Below are positions 51,640-63,699 of a stretch of 64,000 nt of DNA, piece after piece. Source of the stretch: Alloascoidea hylecoeti (taxonomy: Eukaryota); assembly GCA_001600815.1 (NCBI GenBank), contig BCKZ01000014.1, positions 248,001-312,000 on the forward strand. The letters are read 5' to 3'. A model generated the notes under the pieces. The model did no database searches. It was not told the DNA's origin and saw nothing but the letters and a program-made list of their open reading frames with translations. Within the stretch, counting starts at the first letter, position 1. Each line of letters begins with the position of its first letter. The position numbers and the translations under genes are program-made.

Positions 51640-53261
51640 TATGGCCCCCAAATTCTAACAGTTTTATCATCACTTGCACTTGCTAACATTGAAGGATTTG
51701 TTGGATTCCAATCAACACAATTAACTTGACTTGTATGTCCACTTAAAGCTTGTATTAAAACACCAAATTTTCTATTCCAAATATAAATTCTTGTATCTTC
51801 AGAACCAGAAGCAACAATACTATCATTTAATCCACCAAAACATGATCTAATAATATATTTTTCTTGTTTATTACCAAAAAATTTTGAAACTAAATAATAA
51901 TTTTCAATATCCCAAATATGTAATTCATTTGATCCAACATTAATTAATATAAATTTTGAATCTTTTGTTATTCTAATACTTGTAATTTTTTTATTTAAAT
52001 GAATTTCTTTTAATAATTCATGATTTTTCAAATCATAAATATCAATTATACCTTCATTACAAATAGTTACAAATTTTAAAGAATTTGGACAAACTGATAA
52101 TTCTTGAACTCTTAATGATGACCATTGATATAATGAATTACCATTAATATCCCATAAATCAATTTTTTTTGCAGATGATCCAGTTAAAAATTGAGTTGAA
52201 TTTGGAATCCAACCAACAGTTGTAATTGGATCTTCAGTTTCAATTTTTTTAATACAATCACCGGTTATTGGATTCCATATAAAAATTCCACGACATCCAG
52301 TACTTAACATATATGAATCATCACTTGACCAAGATACACAAATAACTGGTTTATCATGACCTCTTAAAGTTGTAATTAATTTAAAATCATCTTCTGTATC
52401 ATAAATTTTAACAGTTGTATCTTGTGATGTTGAAGCAAGATATTTCCCATTATTTGAAAATTTAACAAACCAAACTTCATCAGTATGATCAACTAAAATT
52501 TTTATTGTCTTTTGAGGGAATTTATCTTTATCACCTTGATAATCTTTATATAAACTAATTTCTGAATTGTTTTTATTATCTAATAACCATAAAGCTCTTA
52601 ATTTTTGATAATTTTTTGCTTCATCTAATAAAATTGAAAGTCTATGTTCTGGTAACATAATATTTGGTGATACAAATTTTTGTAAAGTTGATAATAATAA
52701 ATTACGATCATTTAAAATTGCAATATCAATTTCTTTTAAATTTAAACTACCGGTATTATTATTATCATCTAATTTTTTAGTTAAAATTGATGATAATAAT
52801 TTTGATTCTGATTTTAAATCATCTAATGAATCACACATTATTAATGATGATAATTTATGTAATTTTTCAATATTAATATTACTCAATGTTGATAATTCAT
52901 ATCTTAATACTTTTAATGCTGATGATTTATCATTTTTAATTAATAATTCTAAATATTTTTGCCTCCTAATAAGAAATAATAAATGATTTTTATCAGTATT
53001 TGGTTGTAACTCTAAAGATTCTAATAATGTTTCAACTTCATCCCATTCACCTTCTTTAACTGATTTAGTAAAATTGAGAACAACTGGTGGGTCGATCTCA
53101 ATGTTCGATTCGGTTTGAAGTAGTTTTGCAGAAGATTCGTAACCCATCTCTGTCAGAGATTGAACTATAAGCCTTGTGAGTTCAGTTTTATCATGACCAT
53201 GGTACAATTCATGTTTGATGTCAGTCAGAGGTGGGATTGGAGTTGAGTCATCTTGGGACAT
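51639..53261 (-). CDS. GID7: GID/CTLH E3 ligase WD40 subunit (WDR26-like)
   Basis: LisH (ELTRLIVQSLTEMGY), CTLH (FLIRRQKYLELL), MLPEHRL, HTDEVWFVKFSNNGKYLAS and YIIRSCFGG. Confidence 0.9.
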
Positions 53262-53369
53262 TTTGATAGACGATCCTGAGAACAATTGGAGATAAAGGAG
53301 GTTTGGTATCATCTAGGAGGTTAATCAAGACTCCAGGGATTAGTAATACGGAGCCACATGCTAAGTAAG

Positions 53370-53470
53370 CAGCATCACGTGGGCACGACGTCACATGACA
53401 CGTCACGCGACAAACGCGTATAACGTAAGCATTGGGTAAGCACGCTAAACTGATGAAGTGTTGACACGTA
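53370..53470. promoter_or_regulatory. Cluster of ACGT-core motifs (CACGTG, GACGTCA, GACACGTCA, TGACACGTA) in the divergent GID7/PDI1 promoter; candidate UPRE/bZIP/bHLH sites
   Basis: At least five ACGT cores lie within 100 bp of an AT-rich genome. PDI1 is an established Hac1 target in yeasts. Confidence 0.55.
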
Positions 53471-53559
53471 TTCGAATGTGCTCTGACTAAGCAACCCGGA
53501 AACTTCATAAAGTGCCAATTTCTCGCGATGTTCTTCTCTTTCTCTTTTTACGTTTTCCA

Positions 53560-55152
53560 ATGATTTTCAACAGATCCTTGTTGTTTGCCTCTCTGTCTGT
53601 CGCTGTTTTGGCTGCTGCCAATGCCGATAACGTCGCCATCATAGATGACCCCGCCGTCGTTAAACTCACTGGTGACAATTTCGCTTCCTTCTTGGAGGAC
53701 AATTCGCTCTTCATTGCTGAATTCTTCGCTCCTTGGTGTGGCCATTGCAAGGCACTAGCCCCTGAATTTAAAGCTGCTGCTCACATTTTAAAAGATGATG
53801 GGATTGCTGTTGCTCAGGTTGACTGTACTGAAAATCAAGAATTATGTCAAGAACATGAAGTTCGTGGTTATCCAACCTTAAAGGTTTTTAAAAATCAAAA
53901 GGAAATCCCTTATAATGATGCAAGGAAAAGTGATGCAATTGTTTCTTTCCTTCAGAGGTTATCTTTACCTGCTGTTATTCCTATCGATTCGGCTGATGCT
54001 TTAGACAAGATTGTTGAATCTAGTAAAACTGTTTCTATTGGGTTTTTCAATGAAAAGGATGTTGATAGTGAATTTGTTAAGGCTTTTGGTGAACTTGCTG
54101 AAGATTTAAGAACAAAATACACCTTTGCTGCTACTAACAGTACGGAATTGGCAAAGAAATATGGTGCTAAAGCTCCAACTGTTGGTGTTTTCAAATCTAA
54201 TAAAGATGAAGAACCCTCATTTTTCACAATTCCTACAGATTCAGAAGAAGAATTAAAAGAATCAATTGGTAAATTTGTTGCTGTTGAATCCTTCCCATTA
54301 ATTGGTGTTATTGATGGTTCAACTTTTGGTTCTTATATGGAATCTGGTCTTCCATTAGCTTATATCTTTTATGATTCTCCAAGTAATCTTAAAAAATTAA
54401 CAAAGTATGCTATACCATTAGCAAAAAAATATAAAGGAAAAATTAATTTTGTTACAATTGATGCAAATGCATTTGGAAAACATGCTGAAAATTTGAATTT
54501 AATTGAACAATGGCCTGCTTTTAGTATTCATGATGTTTCAAATAATTTAAAATATGTTCATGAACAAGATAATAAAATTACTGAAAAATCTTTAATTAAA
54601 GTTGTTGAAGGTTTTGTTGATGGTACTTTAGAACCAAAAGTTAAATCTGAAGAAGTTCCTGAAATTCAAGAAGGTCCAGTTATTACCGTTGTTGGTAAAA
54701 ATTTCCAAGATATTGTTAATGATTCACAAAAAGATGTTTTATTAGAATATTATGCTCCATGGTGTGGTCATTGTAAAAACTTAGCCCCCCATTATGCTGA
54801 ATTAGCATCATTATATTTTGATAATAAAAAATATAGTGATAAAGTTGTTGTTGCTAAAGTTGATCATACAGCTAATGATGTACCTGGTGAAATTGCTGGT
54901 TATCCAACAATTGTTTTATTCCCAGCTGGTGATGATAAAACTCCAATTGTTTTTAAAGGTAATAGAGATGTTGAAAGTTTAGCTCAATTTATCAAAGAAG
55001 CTGGTTCTTTACATATTGATGCTTTTGCTGAAGAGGAAGAAGATGATGAAGAAGTAGAAGAAACTGAAGTTGAAGTTGAAGTTGAAACTGCTACTGCTTC
55101 TGAAGCTCCAAAAGAAACAAAGGAAGAAGAAGTTGCACATGATGAATTGTAG
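53560..55152 (+). CDS. PDI1: Protein disulfide isomerase
   Basis: Signal peptide, two WCGHCK active sites, an acidic tail and C-terminal HDEL. Confidence 0.97.
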   Translation: MIFNRSLLFASLSVAVLAAANADNVAIIDDPAVVKLTGDNFASFLEDNSLFIAEFFAPWCGHCKALAPEFKAAAHILKDDGIAVAQVDCTENQELCQEHEVRGYPTLKVFKNQKEIPYNDARKSDAIVSFLQRLSLPAVIPIDSADALDKIVESSKTVSIGFFNEKDVDSEFVKAFGELAEDLRTKYTFAATNSTELAKKYGAKAPTVGVFKSNKDEEPSFFTIPTDSEEELKESIGKFVAVESFPLIGVIDGSTFGSYMESGLPLAYIFYDSPSNLKKLTKYAIPLAKKYKGKINFVTIDANAFGKHAENLNLIEQWPAFSIHDVSNNLKYVHEQDNKITEKSLIKVVEGFVDGTLEPKVKSEEVPEIQEGPVITVVGKNFQDIVNDSQKDVLLEYYAPWCGHCKNLAPHYAELASLYFDNKKYSDKVVVAKVDHTANDVPGEIAGYPTIVLFPAGDDKTPIVFKGNRDVESLAQFIKEAGSLHIDAFAEEEEDDEEVEETEVEVEVETATASEAPKETKEEEVAHDEL

Positions 55153-55652
55153 ACCAATTTTTTCAATTGTATCTTATTTATTTTTTTTTCATCTTTTTTA
55201 CCCCACCCCATTTTCTACTTAAATTTAAAAGTGTTGTACATTTTGATAAATACCTAAATTTTATATAATCATCACAATTTACAATTGGGAGGTATCGACT
55301 AAGATTACTTGCTTATTGTACTTTTTACATGAATGTTAAATGATAAAAAAAGTTAACCTCATAAGACATTTTACATAGCTAATTGAATAGTTATAATTGA
55401 GTATTGTATGAATAATTAACAGTAATTAATTCTAAATATATAATTGATGATGAATGAAGAGACTTTTGGTTCAGAACTTCTTGAATTTCTCCAAACTTCA
55501 TCATGATATTACTCCGTTTCATGAAACAGATATGCAGTAAATAAATGTGTTATCTCGATATATACTGTAGCATTGTTTTTACTATAAGGCTTAAGTAACT
55601 AATAATTATTTAATATATAACATTTAAATTTAAATTTCCAATTTATATTAAC

Positions 55653-57014
55653 TTATTGTTTTTTTGGTGGTGGGCCTGAAGTTGGAGGTTTTGATGGTGG
55701 AGGTTTTGAATCAGTTGGTAAATCAAATCTAACCAAATGATCCTCTTTTTTACTTCTTTCGCTTTCTTCTTGAAAATAAGCATTTAAATCAGGTCTTGCT
55801 CTTACCTTTTTTTTCTTATGATGAGGGGCATAAACTGGTTGTTGAGATAAAGGAACTGCAATTTGTGCTCCTATACCATCATTTGCTAATTGAGGTGTTG
55901 GGATTGTTGGTGGTGATGGAATATTCATTGTAGCAGGTGTAATATAATTAGATTCTAATTGTTTTTGTTGTTGTGCTTGTCCATAAGTATTATCAATTCC
56001 ATTTTGTTCATAAGAATCATTTAAATTAAATAATGTTTCACCAGGTGCTAAATTATAATCACCAACATTATTATCATTACCATTTAAAGTATATTTAAAT
56101 TTACCAATAACTTCTGGTAATCGATGTAAAATTCCATAACCAACTCCACAACCTAATAAACCATCACCACCCCAATTTCTATTTGGTTCAATAACTGTTG
56201 ATCTTGTAACATCATAATCATGATTATAAACGTATAATTCAATTTTTTTATAACCATCTGGTTCAGCAATTCTTGAAATTATTCTTGATAATAATGTTTC
56301 ACCACCAGTTGCTAATAAACCATCTTGTGCGCCAATAATATAATCGCTATGGGCAATTAATCCTGCTTTATCAGCAGGAGAATTTGGAACAACATTAATA
56401 ATGTGCCAAATATGTTCAGCTGATGATAATGGTGTCCATTGTAATGACATTCCAAAACCAAAATTTGGAAATTCTGAACTAATTTTTATTAAATTTTCAG
56501 ATTTTATTGTTGATTCCGTTGAATTTATTGAAATATCATGTAATTCATTTACATGTTCATTTTCATCTTTAATTTCATTAATTGGTAATAAAATTCTTCT
56601 AATTATACCACCTTTTGAACTCCAAATATCAAATGAAACCTCTCTACCTTTACAATTTTCCATTTCTTTCTTTAAAATTTCTAAATCTGGAAATAATTGT
56701 TCATCAGATATATAATTTATTGCATTAGTTGCCCAACTATCTCCTCTACCATGACCATATTGTTCATTTTCATTATCATTTTTGGTAGGAATTGAGCCAA
56801 CTATTGTACTAAATTCATGACCATTAATTCCAATTATAAAATCAAACCATGATTCAATACCATTTTTAAAAGCTATTGAATCTGCTTCAACATGTAATAC
56901 CCTAAATCCAAACTCTGGAACATTATCTTGATTTTTATGTAGATTCTCTACAGAATCAGGATTTAAAACTGTTTGTTCAAAAGTTTTAACTAATGTCTTT
57001 GCAAAATTGAACAT
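55653..57014 (-). CDS. GRH1: GRASP55/65 homolog
   Basis: Amphipathic MFNFAKTLVKTF start, GFRVLHV, ESWFDFIIGING, SPADKAGL and WGGDGLLGCGVGYGILHRLP. Confidence 0.92.
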   Translation of the reverse strand: MFNFAKTLVKTFEQTVLNPDSVENLHKNQDNVPEFGFRVLHVEADSIAFKNGIESWFDFIIGINGHEFSTIVGSIPTKNDNENEQYGHGRGDSWATNAINYISDEQLFPDLEILKKEMENCKGREVSFDIWSSKGGIIRRILLPINEIKDENEHVNELHDISINSTESTIKSENLIKISSEFPNFGFGMSLQWTPLSSAEHIWHIINVVPNSPADKAGLIAHSDYIIGAQDGLLATGGETLLSRIISRIAEPDGYKKIELYVYNHDYDVTRSTVIEPNRNWGGDGLLGCGVGYGILHRLPEVIGKFKYTLNGNDNNVGDYNLAPGETLFNLNDSYEQNGIDNTYGQAQQQKQLESNYITPATMNIPSPPTIPTPQLANDGIGAQIAVPLSQQPVYAPHHKKKKVRARPDLNAYFQEESERSKKEDHLVRFDLPTDSKPPPSKPPTSGPPPKKQ

Positions 57015-58243
57015 GTTATTTGAAAATGTTTGATGATGATGATAAAAAGATGGCAATCGTGGTCATTGTAGGTTATAATTAGATTATGTAATTATATATC
57101 ACGTGGTATATTTTAGATACATATTCACCAATTTTTTTTTTTTACAAAACAAAATTTGCTTTAAATCTTAATGATCTCAAGTATCCAACGTAGTTCTTAA
57201 GACTTTTAACTGACCATGGGATACCCGCACGTGGTAAGAGTTGAGTTCCTCTAAATTCTGAAAGACATCTCTCAGCATTCCTTCAAAGCTATTCTTTAGG
57301 ATCTATTTAGAGTAAAATATCCAAATGTAAAGAATAGATTCTTTAAACTCTTATATTTCTCTCTTTCTTCTTTATTCATTTCTTCTTTTTTTACCTCTGC
57401 TAGTTTTGTTTTCTAAAATATTCATAGATATTTTCAGTTTATTGTTCAGCTGAAGGCAGACCGAAGATAAGATGTTCAACTTTATCGATATCAATTTTTG
57501 AAGCTCTTTGAACCATGATCTCAGCTTTCCCTTGCTCTTCGGATTAGGGCTCCTCTAGACCGAGTGTATTGAACGATATAATCCTTACACTTTCTAGCCT
57601 TTTTTACAACACCAGTGGTCACAGAGCTCTTTTCATAAGATTATGGAAACCCTCTCTTCTTACTAGATTAGCTAAATTCAAAGTATCCATCTTGCTTTGT
57701 TGTTTCAGAGAATGATTTTGCAAAATCTATAAGTTGTAGGTTCTTAGATACTTTTTACAGTGATTATAAAATCAAATGGGAATGCTCTTTTATTGTGTGT
57801 TTAGAGGATGGATTCCACACCCTTCTTTCTAGATATAGGCTTATATCTAGCAGGGTAAAATATAAATCAGTTCTTACCTTATTTCTTTTTATAAAGCTTA
57901 ACATTTAATTTCCAATTAAAACTATTAGAGTAAAAGACTCATATATTGAAAAACTCCTAAATTTAAATATTCATAGTTCTTTTCCTTCTTTCTTTGGTAA
58001 GATTACCTAAACCATTTATAACAAATGCCATAGAAGAAAAAGTTTAAGAACATATAAAATGTTCTGGAATGCCTCCTCATATATTGAATACCCTATCTTT
58101 CCCCTGCTCTCATATATATGAATTATTCTCCTATGCTATAGTTAATCATTATTATCCGCACATATCTTTAATGTTGTGATCAACAAATTCTTATTGAATA
58201 TTCCAGAATATAAAATACCACACGATTCTAAATCTCATAAGTC

Positions 58244-58326
58244 GGAGGGTTGGCCGAGTGGTCTAAGGCGGCAGACTTAAGATCTGCTGGACGTTGTCCG
58301 CGCGAGTTCGAACCTCGCATCCTTCA
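58244..58326 (+). tRNA. tRNA-Leu(UAA), intronless, long variable arm
   Basis: GGAGGGTTGGCCGAGTGGTCTAAGGCGGCAGAC-TTAAGA-TCTGC...GTTCGAACCTCGCATCCTTCA, with A and B boxes and a T5 terminator at 58333-58337. Confidence 0.96.
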
Positions 58327-59839
58327 TTATACTTTTTGCCAATATTGAAAATAGTCCAACTAGACAAATCAAAGAACGCGGCACACAGGACTGGAAAGAA
58401 TGGTGGCTGTTCTTACATAGGATCAATAGGAGGGTCGGTAGATTTTATTCATAGACTAAATCTCCGACACTACACACATCATTGGAGTCTTACCTCAAGT
58501 GATCATAAAAATTTCCTATCAGGGCTCTTTCAGCAAAGGGTGAATGCGCTTAATGGGAAGAAACCGAATAAGCACTTCACACGGGAAAGAGTTAAGAATT
58601 TGAATACTCGTATGAACTTCATTATTGGGAAACGATACAAACATCTTAATATTTACCAATTGTCTAACATTAATAAATCTATGAATTTGCTAAATTCTTC
58701 AATCACCTCTTCTCAGTTTTAGGTATGAATTTAGGTACATTGGCTGTTGTAAAATGTGTTTTTTTTTTTTTGATGATGTTTTTTTGAATATGTTAATGAA
58801 TTAATTTAGTTAAATTCCCCAACTATGTATTGAATTTACTGATTGATGTTCCTGAAGCTATCACTATTGTACCAGTGAAGTAGAAGTACAGATTCCTCAT
58901 TGTTAATGATACCACAGTTTTTGTCAATAATACTATACGCTTACAAGTCAAGCTGAATGGATAATACTGCATTCAGTGCAATTCCCTTTCCTATAGAAAA
59001 GTAAATGTCGGCAGACACCCACCCCAAGCTCGATGAGCCTAGTGCCACGAATTATTTATCTCGGAATCTAGAAGATCAGGTTTAGGAATATGAAACAGGT
59101 CACACTTAAACAGATAATGATGAAAGTGTGTAAAAAGATATTGATTAGCCAAGAAAGTTCTATTAAATTGATAATTGCAGTGCGCTAGATGACTAACTCT
59201 CCAGTGCAGTCCCCTACATAACACTCCAAAATTGGTCCTGAAGGGTTAAGGTTGGCTATTGTGGGTTTGAGCCTCATGGGCTCAATCAAGAAATAAAGAA
59301 CTTTCCTTGTTTTGAGGACTTGCTGCTGGGCCGTGTAGAGGTGGGTATTTTCCTCCCTGATTGATGATCACCTCATTGGTTGTGGGAAGAGGTGACAGGA
59401 CCCGAAATGCCAAGGAATATGGCGATATCAATATTAATACGGCAAGTTCAAGAAACAAATTTCCATATTGGTACATCTACCACTGCTAGTGTGGGGATAA
59501 GAGGATCACGACACCTGAAAAACGCGCACTTTGTCTCAAACAAGGAGTAGGGAATCCGGAGTTCCCGTACTTTCAGTGACTCGCGGAGTCATGATAGAGT
59601 AGCGATAGTGTAGGAAAGAGTTGAGCCAACTACGTAGGCAGCAGAGTAACCCCGGCCCTCGGGCCTGAGGCGGGTAAATCCCCAGCGCACGATGAGTGGA
59701 CGCACGCAGACATAATCGGAAACCTGTCATTGCCGGAATAGGGTGTATCTTGCCTTACATATATGCATGCAATTTTAAATCTCAGTTTTAACGAGTACCT
59801 TTTTGTCCCTTCTCTTCAAAATAACTGATCGCAATATTG

Positions 59840-62011
59840 ATGCTTCTTTCGGCCCATACCAGTGTGCACGAGTCTGACAGTGTTTTATCCCCTGCTATCA
59901 ATGAGCTGGACCCTCTGCTACCTGCTATCCGCACCAGGTCCATCAACTCAAACTTTGGTGCAAGTGGAGCTGGGGCTGCATACCAACCGGGGAGAAATCT
60001 TGACTCTTTACTACTCTCATCCAAAAAGACTGCTCGAAAACAACATTTCTCAACCTTCGATGCCAAACTGGATATCAACCTTGAGAATGAAAAGCCCTTT
60101 TATATTCCTGGCGATATCATCAAAGGTCATGCCACATTGATTCCTAGAACAACTTTTACTTATGATGATCTCACAATTTGTATGGAAGGGAGAGTCGTTT
60201 CTAAAATTTACATTACACCAGTTACTCAGCAGACCGCCCATCATTTATTGTTAAAAATGTTGGATGACACAATTCCTGAATCTTCATTCCCCGAAAATAA
60301 AATAGCTTTGGCCGGTGAAACCTATAAGCTACCATTTAGTTTTGTTGTTCCTGAAAAATTATTAGAACCAATGTGTAAAGAGTATAACTTATTTCATAGA
60401 CGTCTCCCTCCAAGCTTCGGATGTGCTTCCCGGTGTGGATTTGAATTCGTGAATGGTTCACGTAATTCTACAAATGATTTGCTTGAGAATAGTGAAACTC
60501 TGAATGCTACCTCTTCTGGATCTACAACTGGGAAAAATAGTGAAGAAAATGAAGATGATACCGACAGTTGTCCCGTTGGTACCTGTATTACCTATTATAT
60601 CAAAGCAAGGATTTATAGTAAGAATAAATCTGATAGGAGCACCCCACTTGCATTACTGGATCAATCATTGGAATTGAACATCTTACCTTCTTATCCTGTA
60701 CCATCTCCTTATATTTTCCACTCAAATCTAGATACAGCGAAATATTTTTTAACAACCGGGAATGAGGAAATTCCAAAGGATTCTCTTGGTTCTGTAATAG
60801 ATCCTAAAACTGGAAGATTATGTTATTATAAAATTTTTGATTGGTTAGCTGGTGAAAAATTCGCTCCACCAAATCAATTAATGTCAATGATGAAAGTGAC
60901 CGTGACTCCACCGGACCCAATGTTATATTCACCAATTGTTAAAACAATAAATAATAGTTCTACAAGTTTAAATCCACAAGTTGATACACCAGAAGATAAT
61001 TATAAATTCCCATTGAAATTCATTTATACTCCAAAATCCTTACCTAATGGAGATCCTCAAACTCCACCTCTTATTACGTCATTAATTACTCGATTAAAAG
61101 TTCATACTATAAATGCAACAACACCAATAAATTCTTATAAAAATTCAAAAGAAGATATACTTGCTGATAAGAATAGAGATGAAGTAAGAGCAACAGGATA
61201 TAAAAGATTATTATCTCGATTAAATCCAGATTTAATATTTAATGGAAATTCAAGTAGTACAAATATTAGTTATAAAGAAGATATTTGGGATCAATGGGTA
61301 CCATTATATGAACAAGAATCAGGAAATACAAAATATGAAAGAATTATAAATATTGAAATTCCTAAAACTACAACAAATTTAGTACCAAATTTTCATAGTT
61401 GTTTATTATCAAGATTTTATGAATTAGAAATTTCAATTACTTTAATGTCACAATCACAACAATCATCATCAAATCATAAAAGAACAAATGTTTTTAAAAG
61501 AAAGTTAAAATTAAAATCTTCAAAATCTTCAAAATCTGATCATGGAGGACATACACGAAGTCAAAGTGATTCTAATAAACCAAAAATTAAATCTAAATCA
61601 TTTTTTCCAAATATTTTACAATCAAATAATACTTATAGTTATTATTTAGAATTTCCTCTTTATATTTTATTAAAATCTCAAGGAATTTCATCACCATATG
61701 CATCAACAGAATATGAACTTTTAAATAGTGGTGCATTAGCTGAATCACCAGATTATGAAGAAATTATTCATGATGATAATAACGTTGATGAAATTGTTGT
61801 TAGTGATACATTATTACGAAGATGTCATGAAAATGCCAGAGATTATAGAGTTAATTCAGTTTTATTGGAGGATGGAATTGATAGTAATGATTTAGGTGAT
61901 TTACAAGAAGAAGAAGAAAATGATAATGGGAATGGGAATGGGAATGGGAATGGGAATGACAGTGGCAATCGCTCAAGTATTGGTATGCTAAAACATCGAG
62001 AAGAATTTTAA
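59840..62011 (+). CDS. Arrestin/Bul1-like Rsp5 adaptor family protein
   Basis: YIPGDIIKG, YKLPFSFVVP, RLPPSF, ITYYIKARI, LVPNFHSCLLSRFYEL; PY-like motifs LPSY and SPDY. Confidence 0.75.
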   Translation: MLLSAHTSVHESDSVLSPAINELDPLLPAIRTRSINSNFGASGAGAAYQPGRNLDSLLLSSKKTARKQHFSTFDAKLDINLENEKPFYIPGDIIKGHATLIPRTTFTYDDLTICMEGRVVSKIYITPVTQQTAHHLLLKMLDDTIPESSFPENKIALAGETYKLPFSFVVPEKLLEPMCKEYNLFHRRLPPSFGCASRCGFEFVNGSRNSTNDLLENSETLNATSSGSTTGKNSEENEDDTDSCPVGTCITYYIKARIYSKNKSDRSTPLALLDQSLELNILPSYPVPSPYIFHSNLDTAKYFLTTGNEEIPKDSLGSVIDPKTGRLCYYKIFDWLAGEKFAPPNQLMSMMKVTVTPPDPMLYSPIVKTINNSSTSLNPQVDTPEDNYKFPLKFIYTPKSLPNGDPQTPPLITSLITRLKVHTINATTPINSYKNSKEDILADKNRDEVRATGYKRLLSRLNPDLIFNGNSSSTNISYKEDIWDQWVPLYEQESGNTKYERIINIEIPKTTTNLVPNFHSCLLSRFYELEISITLMSQSQQSSSNHKRTNVFKRKLKLKSSKSSKSDHGGHTRSQSDSNKPKIKSKSFFPNILQSNNTYSYYLEFPLYILLKSQGISSPYASTEYELLNSGALAESPDYEEIIHDDNNVDEIVVSDTLLRRCHENARDYRVNSVLLEDGIDSNDLGDLQEEEENDNGNGNGNGNGNDSGNRSSIGMLKHREEF

Positions 62012-62449
62012 TATGATATACTACTTCAAAATTTTATTTGAAGAACATATTTATACGAAACACAAATATAGGAAAGGAATGAATGACTTAGCAGGAATTC
62101 AATCACAAACAACTGGTAAACCCATCAGGCTCTATGTATCTACCAGGGTAGAAATTACTTATTTACCTACAAACAACTGAAATGAATATTTTAAATTTCT
62201 TCTAAATTTTATATTTACCTTTCTTTCCTTATATTTACAGTTATTAAAAGTATTTATCTTTTTTTCTAGAGATCTCTTTTTTTTTTTCGTTGTTGTTATA
62301 ATTGGTATGCATTTGGATATGTTTTGATTCTTGTTATTAGCTAGGAATGTTCGTTTTATTATGTTAGAATGTAACTAATCGTTACTTCTTTTTTCTTATT
62401 ATATTACATGGTTAAATTAAAGTAGCTAAATTGTATAGCCGTTAATCAT

Positions 62450-63432
62450 ATTTATATAAGATTAATCACAATATCATCATCAAATTTGACATTGTATATT
62501 TTAACATTTTCAGTAATAATGTTGTTAATATTTACAAGTCTTCAAATTTGATTTTTGGGGATAACTTCGATCACAAATTTCCACTCCTTCACCGTTAACA
62601 TTATGGCATAAGAAGCATGTCCGTCTATTTCATCTTTTAAACAAACTGCAGTCTGATTACATTTGTCCATATGCTTGATTGTGGAGGAGTTTTTAAAATT
62701 TGGGTCCTTACTATAATGACGCTTGTAGCCTGGATTTTGGCCAACATTGATTGGTACAAACGGCCTTTATCCTAAACTTTTTAACATACCCTTAGAGTAA
62801 TTATCTTCCTGTACTTTAGCAAAAAAAAAGTAATTCTTTTATAATTTCATTTTGTATCGAAACATTCCAGTCAACCATTTCCATGGTGGTTTTGGAGTCG
62901 GTAATATCATTAGTATTCATTTCATTTTCAATCACAGGGTCCAATAATGTAGTTCCATAACCATCTTCGGAATCTCTGCAACTTATAAATGACCAGCATG
63001 TGAAAAATCGAGTCTGAATTTTTTCATTACAACATCATTAACACAACTGAATGATTTTATTAATCATACACGTTTAATCTATTTTCGTGGTATCGTAATA
63101 TCTGTTATTCATCGATGAATAGTCCCATATATTGAAAGCTCATGGTCTGCAATCGAAATTACAAACTTATCAAAACCCTCAAGAGGTTTTCTTTTCTCAT
63201 CATTCCATTCATCATCATCAGTTGCTGGATTTTGAACGCGAAATTCACGATATATTTTATAAATACATTTATAAACATTAATAAACCCTTTAGTAAAAAC
63301 TTCTTGTTTTCCTTCGATCAATTTATAATTTGTGTCAATATTAAGTTTTAGTTTCCCATCAATCACTTCATAATAGTTTCTTGATACTGTATAGAACTTT
63401 TCGTAGTTGGATTTAGTTATATGTTTGGGCAT
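62450..63432 (-). pseudogene. Decayed totivirus (L-A-like) Gag/capsid, N-terminal region (copy e)
   Basis: Collinear with L-A Gag as recalled: KHITKSNYEK~RFVTKNSQDK, PLEGFDK~YLEGIAK, DHELSIYGTIHR*ITDITIP~DGGLAIDNVLNELRSTCGIP, FSHAGHL~MYHDGHV, LTVKEWKFVI~LTVTEVNFVL. Internal stops and frameshifts are present. Confidence 0.72.
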
Positions 63433-63699
63433 GGTGTTCAAAAAATTATAATGCTATAGAAGTAAAGAAATAAAATGGGCGATAGGAATAATAGGTTTCA
63501 AATATATAGGCTTGTAAAGGAAGAATCAATAAATATAGTTTCAGTATGGACCGTTTTAATATTAATACTTGCATGAGACTAGTTTACAGATATGTAATAT
63601 CCACTTTAAGCCATTATATGACTCAGCTACATAATTCTAAATAAAAGCACTATACTTTTAAAGAATACACTTTATGTCTGAACACTGCACATACCTATT

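Noticed and set aside
58294..58722. 142-aa ORF starting inside the tRNA gene
   Set aside because: It has a non-ATG start within tRNA-Leu and no recognisable domain.
59280..59760. GC-rich stretch as a possible ncRNA or small ORFs
   Set aside because: No recognisable RNA family or Pol III boxes; the simplest reading is the promoter of the arrestin-like gene.
63020..63080. Off-frame peptide YD**NHSVVLMML resembling L-A YDNHVALLMNML
   Set aside because: Synonymous changes between copies e and f support a different frame here, so this match was not counted as evidence.
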